NCBI GenBank assembly: GCA_965235115.1
Contig: OZ249451.1
Coordinates: 14,570,001 to 14,634,000 of the forward strand
From: Laetmonice hystrix
Lineage: Eukaryota
Reading direction: 5' to 3'
DNA: 64,000 bases
The position numbers and the translations under genes were made by a program. Of this stretch, positions 24,896-34,740 are shown in pieces (position 1 is the first letter of the stretch; each line of letters begins with the position of its first letter). The notes beneath the pieces are model-generated. The model made no database searches. It was given only the letters and a program-made list of their open reading frames with translations, and was not told the origin of the DNA.

Positions 24896-24935
24896 CTCCT
24901 CCTCCTTCTCCTCCTCCTCCTCCTCCTCCTCCCTT
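24896..24935. repeat. (CCT)n microsatellite, imperfect
   Basis: cctcctccttctcctcctcctcctcctcctcctcc. Confidence 0.9.
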
Positions 24936-25745
24936 TCCTCCCCCTAGCCATCCCACCACCACCACCGTCACTTGCCAACAAGCTTCCATCATCCTTTTTT
25001 ATAGTGACACGCCCTGGAGTGACAGCTGTCGGGGAAAATGATTTTGCTTCTTTATTTAACAATCCATTATTCTTTCATGGATCTTTTAACGAGCCTCTGC
25101 CACAGTAGGCTATATGTCATCCCTGACATTGAAGGTTTGAAATCTAATTCAGTCAAATTTGAATCAAATTAAAGTCCACAAATTAAGCTTGAAACAAAAC
25201 AATGAGTGTTAATCGTTTTGTTCGTTAAAATTCCAATGTATTTTAATAATATTATGATCCGCGTCCCACCGCTCCGAGCTCCACTGGTTCTCCAGATAGG
25301 ATCAGAACTAAATCACCCTTGACGGGGGGGGGGGGGGGGGGTGAAGACGGAGGGAAAGAAAACTGAAAACAGAACGCAGCAGGGGGTGTTGTAATTAACC
25401 CTCAAAACATGTTCTAAATATATTTTTCAAATTTTTATTTTTTTTAAACACATCTTCTATAACATAATTGAAAACCTCCCATACGTCATCATTACCGATT
25501 ACATCCGGTTTTATACTCTTTATGATTCCCTCTCCACACCCAGTCGACGACTTCAAAATGGGGTCAGTTTATCTCAACCTGAACAAACACACACGCAGCT
25601 TTTTACTGGCCTATGTAAACAGAGCCCCACGCTTGGCCTCGACCGTAACATTAGATATTTCTCCTCTCAAAACCTGCCACTGAAGTTGACTGAACTCCTC
25701 AACACGAACACAGTGACAGGTAATGTTCACACTGGAGGTGTCCAG

Positions 25746-25853
25746 GGCCCGGTTCCTAAAATCTTAACATCTTACTTAAGTTTACGCAGACCAGCCAATC
25801 AGAAACGTTAAGCCTAAACTTAAGTAAGATCTGAAGATTTTAGAAACCGGGCC
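25746..25853. mobile_element. 108-bp MITE, PIF/Harbinger-like
   Basis: ~39-bp TIR GGCCCGGTTCCTAAAATCTTAACATCTTACTTAAGTTTA versus right-end reverse complement GGCCCGGTTTCTAAAATCTTCAGATCTTACTTAAGTTTA (3 mismatches). Flanks are CAG and CTG (CWG, not identical). The core contains AGACCAGCCAATCAGAA. Confidence 0.85.
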
Positions 25854-26179
25854 CTGGTCTCAAATGAAGTAATTATTACGTGATTCCCCCATGCGCCATA
25901 CATCCACTGATCCTGACGAAAAGACGACTTCCTGATTCATAATAACGCACTGCCTGCTATTCTTGTCGGTCTGCGATATATGGACCATTGTGACAGCCAA
26001 GCGCAGATTTTGCTTGTTAGTATTAATTCCTATTAATTACCACACGACTTGGGTTCCGCCATGAGACTGAGACTGGCAGTAACTGGATTAAGACCTGTCA
26101 CATACAATATCTGCTCCCCTGCAGGAATCCTTACAATGCTGTCACAATAAATATACTCCTGTTGGGGAGAGATACTCAC

Positions 26180-26211
26180 CGTGTGAGGTACAAGGCTAAG
26201 ATTGAACCAGT
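26180..26211 (-). CDS. Candidate 32-nt exon (TGSILALYLT(R), or alternative frame (D)WFNLSLVPHT)
   Basis: Acceptor tcgtgttgtggcttacag and donor CG/gtgagt are both strong; reading frame is ambiguous. Confidence 0.4.
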
Positions 26212-26394
26212 CTGTAAGCCACAACACGATATCAGGCGAGTATGTAGTGCCCATACAACACAAGATATCCCTTCACACAGGTCCACCAACCCCCAGATCA
26301 GATAACAGTTGGAACTGTCGTAGAATCACTTGTTTGGGTTCAGGCTAACGGCCTCCAATATTGGCCAAAGACTCACAGGTGCAGATGTTACGCG

Positions 26395-26570
26395 CCATCG
26401 GTCGATCTGACCCATCGGCCGATGGGTCAGACCCATCGGTGGATCGGCCAACGGGTCGCCCATCGACCGATGGGCGACCCATCGGTGGATGCGCAGCGCG
26501 CGCTAGGGTCGCGGCCCATCGGCCGATGGGTCGCGGCCCATCGGCCGATGGGTCTGACCCATCGGTGGAT
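26395..26570. repeat. Cluster of nested palindromes built on CCCATCGGCCGATGGG
   Basis: Perfect 26-bp palindrome at 26406-26431; near-perfect 28-bp palindrome at 26453-26480; two tandem GCGGCCCATCGGCCGATGGGTC copies at ~26511-26556; CCCATCGGTGGAT occurs three times. Confidence 0.92.
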
Positions 26571-26684
26571 GGGTGGTTGGTAAACCAGGAGACATGAAAT
26601 GACATGAAAACCTAGAGGAGACAACCTCTCAACCCGAGCCGCAGGCTTCCTTCAGTCAAGAACTCAGATCCCCCAGCCACCTCC

Positions 26685-27075
26685 GCCCCAGACCACCCAG
26701 CCACCTCTTGCCCAGACACGACACCCACCTCCTGTCCAGACCCCACACCCACCTCCTGTCCAGACCCCACACCCACCTCCTGGGCAGACCCCACACCCAC
26801 CTCCTATCCAGACACGTCACCCACCTCCTGCCCAGACCCCACACCCACCTCCTGCCAGACCCCACACCCACCTCCTGTCCAGACCTCACACCCACCTCCT
26901 GCCAGACCCCACACCCACCTCCTGTCCAAACCCCACACCGACCTCCTATCCAGACCCCACACCCACCTCCTGTCCAGACCCCACACCCACCTCCTGTCCA
27001 GACCTCACACCCACCTCCTGTCCAGACCCCACACCCACCTCCTATCCAGACCCCACACCCACCTCCCATCAGACA
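26685..27075. repeat. Minisatellite, 23-24 bp unit CCAGACCCCACACCCACCTCCTGT, ~16 copies
   Basis: Direct reading; the minus strand is G-rich. Confidence 0.95.
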
Positions 27076-27288
27076 CACAACCAGGGCTGTGCCGCCGCTG
27101 TAATACACCACATCTTAGCATAGTCATTATTATTCAAACTACACCACCCCTGTGCAAGGCTATAAAAGGACCGAGGGTGGTCATAAATAACGCACTACGC
27201 CCCTAATATAGATTATGCACAATTAGTACACGACTATAAGGGCACGTACATTACCTGGGGCGGGAGGGGATTTCGTTCGTTGCCTTAC

Positions 27289-27327
27289 CAACTGGAAGTA
27301 CCCGCTCTCGTCCTCATTTACTGCCAT
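27289..27327 (-). CDS. Candidate first coding exon MAVNEDESGYFQL
   Basis: caataATGG start context, in-frame TAA a few codons upstream, 13 codons, strong donor TTG/gtaagg; phase 0 fits exon 26180-26211. Confidence 0.35.
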
Positions 27328-28324
27328 TATTGTGTTATTTTACTTGAATAACTTTTCCATGACAAGGCGCTAACTTCAAACGCTCCATTCACATCCATTT
27401 CTTGCACACGCTGTCTCTTTCCTGCCTGTTTCCAATACGTCTGACTACTCATTAAGTTATTTTGAGGAACTGCTGACGTATTAAATGCCGTATTCAAGAT
27501 TGCGCAAGGGGAAATTGCTCTTGATTTGCTGTGTCTCTGCCCCTCCCACCATCTCGAGCGAGTGATCATTCCCCTGTGCCCCAGATAGCGGGCACAGACC
27601 CCTGGATTCAATGAAGGCCCAGAATCTGCCGACTGTTAAGCCGCTGGCTGTAATATGACTGCCTGGTTTCTCTACCAATGTCCGATACGCCGATTTGTTA
27701 GCAGTACGTGACTAGGAGGCCGTGGGATCCGTCGGCCGGGGAGAGCCGGGGGGGGGGAGCTCCGGCTGCTCGCGATGTCTTCATCAAATTATCCAGGCTA
27801 TGATCACCAGACTCGCTGTCATCTCTACAAAACGTGATTCAATAGTGTATGGCAGCATGTTTCAATATAGTCGCGGGTCCGCCCGAGGCAACCTTCTAAT
27901 AGCGGGGGACACCATGACGGGGTTGGTTTATAGTTATAGGAGGAGGGGAGCAGAGTTTGGGGGAGGTGGTCATTGTTGTAATAGTGAACCCCCCTACCGT
28001 ATCTACCCCATGGCCCGACCTGGCGCACATCAACATCCCAATTACCATGGAAACACAGTTTAGAGAAAGAAAATAGAGAAAGATGAAGGCAGCAGCAGCC
28101 TGCAGCGTCCTGTCTCTCTGAGCTTCCCACAGAGACCTAACGACGTTTGTTGGAGTTTTTATTTTCTTCTCACACCTAACCCTTTCAGTAACCTAACTCT
28201 ATCTGAACAGCCATCTACCCGAAAGGTTTCTGCTGGAAAAGTTTTCAAGGTCTAATCATGTCCGTGTTATCGAGACCCGTGCATCTTGTGGTGAAACCTG
28301 TCCAATGTTCCCTGAGTGGCAAAC

Positions 28325-28525
28325 CGAAACTGTCGACACCGCTTCCTGATTGGTTTGTCGGCACTGTCAAGAAACTTGCCCAATGCTCCGTCAATGGGAA
28401 ACCGACTCTGTCGGCACTGTCAAAAACTCTGCCAAATGCTACTTCATTGGTAAATCGACACTGTCGGCATTGTCAAGAACCCTGCCAAATGCTCCCTCAT
28501 GTAAACTGCCACTGTCACCACTGCC
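28325..28525. repeat. Degenerate 53-bp tandem repeat, ~3.5 copies
   Basis: TGTCGGCA(C/T)TGTCAA at 28356, 28409 and 28462. Confidence 0.8.
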
Positions 28526-29537
28526 AAACGACGTCATAATCTGTTAGGGCAATGTTGTCTTAGTACTGGTAACACCCGCAATGATTGTAAAAATCTGAGC
28601 TACACACATTGAGGGGAGAAACCTTTTATCTTTATTTACTGCATCATACCACCGTTCGAGTTAAAGGACGTGTTCTCAGCCAGCGATTTGTGCTGTTAAT
28701 CTCATTAAACAGCATTATAATGGCAGCACGATAAACAACACACAGGAACAGCAATCGCTTAAAGCACCTCGTCCATTATAAGGCGATTTAGTATCAGAAA
28801 TCCTTGCCTTTTTTTACCGCATTGCTTAATTCTCCTTGTATTTCGTGTTGAAATGATAACACCATTTTGGGTGTGATTATATGTAAGCAAAGACTACAGC
28901 GTGAATCCCGCTCTGTAACCCCAGACAAGTACAGACATCACAGGATCAACTGCGCAAATTTAAAGGTAGAATCCACTGTGCAGCATGTCCTCACGGTTCA
29001 TTCGCGTATGCTGGAAATGGGTTCCATCCTTTAAACTCATCGCTCATCATACAGACAATCCCTTTTGTGTATGCGACCTTTAAGCTGATGCCACACATGA
29101 ATAAAACTCCGGAATTACACTTCAAAACGCAGGTTTCCCGAACGAGAACCATGAATACTTGTACACGCCCATTCCTTTCTCTCTCGCCCCGTGTTCTGGC
29201 AGGTAACAATTGATCACACCGATACATATCAAACTCCCAGCCTGTGGGCTGCTGTGATTAGAGCCATGTATGGCGACATCTTTTATTGGTCAATCCATTT
29301 CCTTCTCAAACTTTCCCCGGTAGCTTGTTTTTTTTATCTCTCAGGCATACACTAGCTGAGCAGGTTTTTTTTACAACTGAACCTTTTCGATCATTCACAG
29401 ACGGCTAATGAAAATCTGACAGTCATCTGTCAACTGGTTGCAATATTCCTGTACGTTGTCGGTTATATCACGTCCTAGGATAAAAACGGGGGAAAATATA
29501 AAAAAAAATTATGATGCATTCATTACGGCAACTTGGA

Positions 29538-30240
29538 CACAAGTTATGTGAACATTTGGGACTCCAGCCAATGAGAGGACCACAAGTTATGTGAACATTT
29601 GGGACTCCAGCCAATGAGAGGACCACAAGTTATGTGAACATTTGGAGCCCTAGCCAATGAGAGGACCACAAGTTATGTGAACATTTGGGACTCCAGCCAA
29701 TGAGAGGACCACAAGTTATGTAAACATTTGGGACTCCAGACAATGAAAGGACCACAAGTTATGTGAACATTTGGGACTCCAGACAATGAAAGGACCACAA
29801 GTTATGTGAACATTTGGGACTCCAGCCAATGAGAGGACCACAACTTATGTGAACATTTGGAGCCCTAGCCAATGAGAGGACCACAAGTTATGTGAACATT
29901 TGGGACTCCAGCCAATGAGAGGACCACAAGTTATGTAAACATTTGGGACTCCAGCCAATGAGAGTACCACAAGTTATGTGAACATTTGGGACTCCAGACA
30001 ATGAAAGGACCACAAGTTATGTGAACATTTGGGACTCCAGACAATGAAAGGACCACAAGTTATGTGAACATTTGGGACTCCGGCCAATGAGAGGACCACA
30101 ACTTATGTGAACATTTGGGACTCCAGCCAATGAGAGGACCACAACTTATGTGAACATTTGGAGCCCTAGCCAATGAGAGGACCACAAGTTATGTGAACAT
30201 TTGCGACTCCAGCCAATGAGAGGATCACAACTTATGTGAA
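29538..30240. repeat. Minisatellite, 43-bp unit CACAAGTTATGTGAACATTTGGGACTCCAGCCAATGAGAGGAC, ~16 copies
   Basis: Period 43 (29538, 29581, 29624...); variants GAGCCCTAG and AGACAATGAAAG are interspersed. Confidence 0.97.
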
Positions 30241-32112
30241 CACTCAGAACTCACGCCATTTCTGCCTGACCGAATCAATCGAAAGTATTAGTCATTTTAA
30301 AATTGCCATTCTACCAGTTTAGCAGGTAGGAGTTAATGCCCACTACCTGGTCCCAATCACAACCGTCTGTTCTACCTAACCCAGAACTCTGTGACAGCAG
30401 GGTGCGACCCGCCGTCAATTGGAATCCCACGCTATTATTGATCGCCGTCCAAAGTCTGAGGGGCGGCACCGGATCTACCTTAATGTACGCTTTCTTCAAG
30501 TCGGCCCACAAGAGTGGGCAGATCTATACGGGGTGGGAAGGAGGTGGGGGTAAGGGAAGGGGGGTAAGGCTCGTCTGAGATCAATGAGCATTGGCGTGGG
30601 ACGGCGGGCACACACAGACACCCCGCTAATGTTGGACGGCGCCTTGACACAAGCAAACTATCGCCTGATCAGACTGTAGCCCGACAGACAGAGAGACAGG
30701 CAGGCAGACAGGCGGACATACAGACAGGCAGAGCCGGACAGATAAAACCTAAAGATAGCATGTATATGTTGCCCCCATTGGTTCAATTTCTTTGCATTAT
30801 CCTTAGGCCTATAGTATATAAATCAGAGAATTTAACAATGGGCTTGGCACTGTCAATGTTATCATTGTGTTAACCCTCCACTGTATCTGACGGGTATCAG
30901 AAAGATTTACTGAGTTATTACCGACTGATGATACTGTAATATTTGACGACCTTACCTCCAGCACCATGCACTCAGGGACACCTGGAATTATTGGTCCACC
31001 GAACGAAGGTGTGTGATGAAAAAATACAGGGGCCCAAAGTATTTCAATATTTCTACAGCATTCTCTAGCAGCATCTGCGAATTCTCCGGGACAAGAAAAA
31101 AAATGCTTACGTTTAATGCCCTGAAAACAGCTATTAATATCTACCATGCTCTTCTTTAATTGATCGATCATGAGTTAGGATCTGATAATAAAAAGTGGTA
31201 TATATCAATTTAAATTTAACATTATCATCCGATGGCACCAATTGTCGACTGGCTGGCAGTGTTGCTGTCTGCCCCCTTACTGATGACGATGCCATTTAAA
31301 TACCTGAATCTGTTACATACAAATGTTGCCACCTGGTCTCTCCGGAGACGCTTGCTGCCTACTGATTGTACCGAGGCGCTGCTTCAACGAGGAATCCAAG
31401 AGTAAAGATAGGTGTGGGGGGCCGGCACCCCCCGCCCCCCACTCGGCCTCCCTGGCCGTCCCGACCGATAACACAGACACTTGGGGCTCAGCCTGGTGGA
31501 GAAACTAGCTGTTAAATGATTGCTGACGATCACATCCAACCGCTGGCCACGACAGCTCACGACAGGGGGCGCTGTGTGCAGTCGACTCATCGCCTTGACG
31601 AGTTGCCAACCTCGCAACGTTCAACAGAGCTTTGGAAGCAACTACGGCCTGGTTTTACCATTGGGTGCCCCTACACTGGGAGGCGAGTAATACAAGAGGA
31701 CATTCTACCAGGCTTATCGGCCACAATTTCATATCAACGTGCCTCAGTTACACATTTATTTCATCAAACTTTGTCAGGAGTTAGCCAGGCTAAACTCGCG
31801 GCGAGACTTATGATGTTAAGGTTTATCAACAGCGAGCCGACATTCAGCACCGCCTACATTTACAATGTCAAACTTTGTCATACATTAGATTTACTATATG
31901 ACGTTTACAAGCTATCTATAGATGTAAATCATTAAGGTTCATCAGTCGTTAGCTTTACAATGTCAAACTTAATCAAGGCTTAGATCTACAATGTCAAGCT
32001 ACATCAGCAAAGACATACATTTACCATTGCAAGCTTCGCCCTCTTAATCATATAGACTCACTGTGATTTACACTCTAAATGAAATTAAATGAAATTACTT
32101 TACGTGTACCAG

Positions 32113-32218
32113 CTTAATTACTTCCTCCCGAGCTTTTCGTTCGAATGAAGGGGGCCCACTGACTTCTTATGCTGTGAACTGCCATGTGACATTTGGCAAG
32201 AAGAAAGAAATGACAATG
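32113..32218 (+). CDS. Possible exon LITSSRAFRSNEGGPLTSYAVNCHVTFGKKKEMTM
   Basis: Acceptor ttactttacgtgtaccag, strong donor ATG/gtaagc, one open frame; no partner exons established. Confidence 0.25.
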
Positions 32219-32438
32219 GTAAGCGGCTGCATTCTACGTAGCCTACGCCTCCCGTAATCCTACATGGTATAAGAAAAACGTCACTTTCACATTGCCCCGT
32301 CGGACTTGTCGGATATACCGGCGACGGAGGAGAGGGAGCAAGCCCAGCGAACCTACAGATAGCTGACGAAGGCACGCACGCAATTCACTTAAGGACTCCC
32401 AAATTACATGGCTCCGTGGTTCAGACAATTCATGAAGT

Positions 32439-32452
32439 GTTACCATGGCAAC
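32439..32452. promoter_or_regulatory. RFX X-box motif GTTACCATGGCAAC
   Basis: Consensus match; motif only. Confidence 0.45.
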
Positions 32453-33169
32453 GAGCACCGGAATCAAACTGACGACCAAATCGGGATGATATTTCTCTGC
32501 CGTGACTCGATTTGAGCGTTCGCTGGGTGGCCAATGAAGTAGACAGGCCAGCACGCAATAATAACCTATCTAAGAAATAAAAAGAGGGGTACAGAGCTTT
32601 GGTGTTGACAGATCCAACAAACGTATGCGCTACCATTCGAATCGATGTCTGCCATTCTTGGCTTGCTACATCCGGGCCCATTACGACCGCGTAGATCGTA
32701 ACAAGCTTTGTGGAACCTTCGCAACGTCTTTACACCACCGTCACTGGGTAGCTACGAATATACCACAACACAAGACTGATTCTAGTGCCATAACATAGCA
32801 TGACAGGCCTATATCTTCTGCCCATGCCTTACCCCTAAACACCTTCATGTTATAGCTAGAACCACGTCTGAAGGGAAGCCTGGGACACTTTTCGAACGGC
32901 AACAAGCCAAGTGGCATGGTTAAAACACGCTCATGTCAATACGACACATTACCTCCTCTGTGTCGATATTGTGATTCTGCTCCTTCTATTTCACCTGTCG
33001 GTTGACTGTGACGTCCATGTGGAAGATGCCAAAACTAACGGGTCGACTGTGCCATATGATCTAATCCACCTCTTTAAAGTGAGAATATATCTGTTGTAAT
33101 TTGCATCTCAAGCTTACAGCTAGAGCTCAAGCATTTACTATTCAGACTCCAGCACAAGAAAACTTGGCC

Positions 33170-33812
33170 CTGATTGGCTGGTCTCCTATACTAGCCAATC
33201 AGAAGCGTCCTGGTCGGCTGGTCTCATAGACTAGCCAATCAGAAGCGTCCTGGTTGGCTGGTCTCATAAACCAGCCAATCAGAGGCGTCCTGGTTGGCTG
33301 GTCTCATAAACCAGCCAATCAGAAGCGTCCTGGTCGGCTGGTCTCATAAACCAGCCAATCAGAAGCGTCCTGGTCGGCTGGTCTCATAGACCAACCAATC
33401 AGAAGCGTCCTGGTTGGCTGGTCTCATAGACCAGCCAATCAGAAGCGTCCTGGTCGGCTGGTCTCATAGACCAGCCAATCAGAAGCGTCCTGGTTGGCTG
33501 GTCTCATAAACCAGCCAATCAGAGGCGTCCTGGTTGGCTGGTCTCATAAACCAGCCAATCAGAAGCGTCCTGGTCGGCTGGTCTCATAAACCAGCCAATC
33601 AGAAGCGTCCTGGTCGGCTGGTCTCATAGACCAACCAATCAGAAGCGTCCTGGTTGGCTGGTCTCATAGACCAGCCAATCAGAAGCGTCCTGGTCGGCTG
33701 GTCTCATAGACCAGCCAATCAGAAGCGTCCTGGTCGGCTGGTCTCATAGACCAGCCAGTCAGAAGCGTACTGGTTGGTTGTTCTCGTAAACCAACCAATC
33801 AGCAGCGTTAAT
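33170..33812. repeat. Minisatellite of hairpin units, 40 bp (CTGGTTGGCTGGTCT-CAT-AGACCAGCCAATCAG-AAGCGTC), ~16 copies
   Basis: Period 40 (GTCTC at 33181, 33221...); each unit is an imperfect inverted repeat around a 3-nt centre. Confidence 0.96.
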
Positions 33813-34194
33813 CTTAAGCTTGCGCACCCGCCAATATACTCCAGCCTTCAAACAACACGACAAACAAATCTAAAAGTGATGTTGGTGCGGCGTGTGATCG
33901 CCCTGGGAATTCACTCCGACTTGATCCGTGACGTACTGGAGACAAACACTGAGGTTAATCAATGTCGTGGTCTGTTCGACCAGGATCTTCATCTGGTAAC
34001 GATACACGGGAGATAACAATAAAATCAATCGTGTAAACTAGCTGGACGTGTCGGGAGCAGTGAGGTATGGGTGTGGGTCGGCAAGATCAGGATCCGAGTA
34101 CCACCGTACTACCTAATCACAACCAGTCAAACTACCCCACAATAAACATAGCTCCACTGACAATCAATCCACCCAGGACACACATACGGCTCGC

Positions 34195-34620
34195 TACTAA
34201 TCAATCCACCTATCACCACATACAGCTCCTCTACCAATCAATCCACCTATCACCACATACAACTCCACTACCAATCAATCCACCCATAACACATACAGCT
34301 CCCCTACCAATCAATCCACCTATCACCACATACAGCTCCTCTACCAATCAATCCACCTATCACCACATACAGCTCCTCTACCAATCAATCCACCTATCAA
34401 CACATACAACTCCACTACCAATCAATCCACCCATAACACATACAGCTCCCCTACCAATCAATCCACCTATCAACACATACAGCTCCCCTACCAATCAATC
34501 CACCTATCAACACATACAGCTCCACTACCAATCAATCCACCCAGAACACACATACAGCTCCACTACCAATCAATCCACCCATAACATATACAGTTCCACT
34601 ACCAATCAATCCACCTGCCA
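34195..34620. repeat. Minisatellite, 36-37 bp unit CCAATCAATCCACCTATCACCACATACAGCTCCTCTA, ~11 copies
   Basis: Period 37 (34201, 34238...); almost no G on the + strand. Confidence 0.95.
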
Positions 34621-34726
34621 TCCGCTTTAACAACAACTCGACAAACCCAGGCAGCACGACTTCCCCGAACAGCCCACAACCCCATATCTATTCTGTACTC
34701 AAACATCCCCAGCCCCACCCACCTTG

Positions 34727-34740
34727 GTTGCCATGGTAAC
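34727..34740. promoter_or_regulatory. RFX X-box motif GTTGCCATGGTAAC
   Basis: Consensus match; motif only. Confidence 0.45.

Noticed and set aside
26656-27111. Pro-rich (QTPHPPPV) and Gly/Trp-rich ORFs
   Set aside because: These are translations of the 24-bp minisatellite on both strands; units of 23 bp shift the frame and no splice context supports them.
33146-33845. 8-bp direct repeat ACTCCAGC flanking the hairpin array, as a possible hAT TSD
   Set aside because: The sequence just inside the repeats is not inverted-complementary, so a chance match is plausible.
34067-34630. 187-aa ORF with PINPPIT and STNQSTY repeats
   Set aside because: The 36-37 bp repeat is open only because it lacks stop codons; the peptide cycles through the three frames of the unit.
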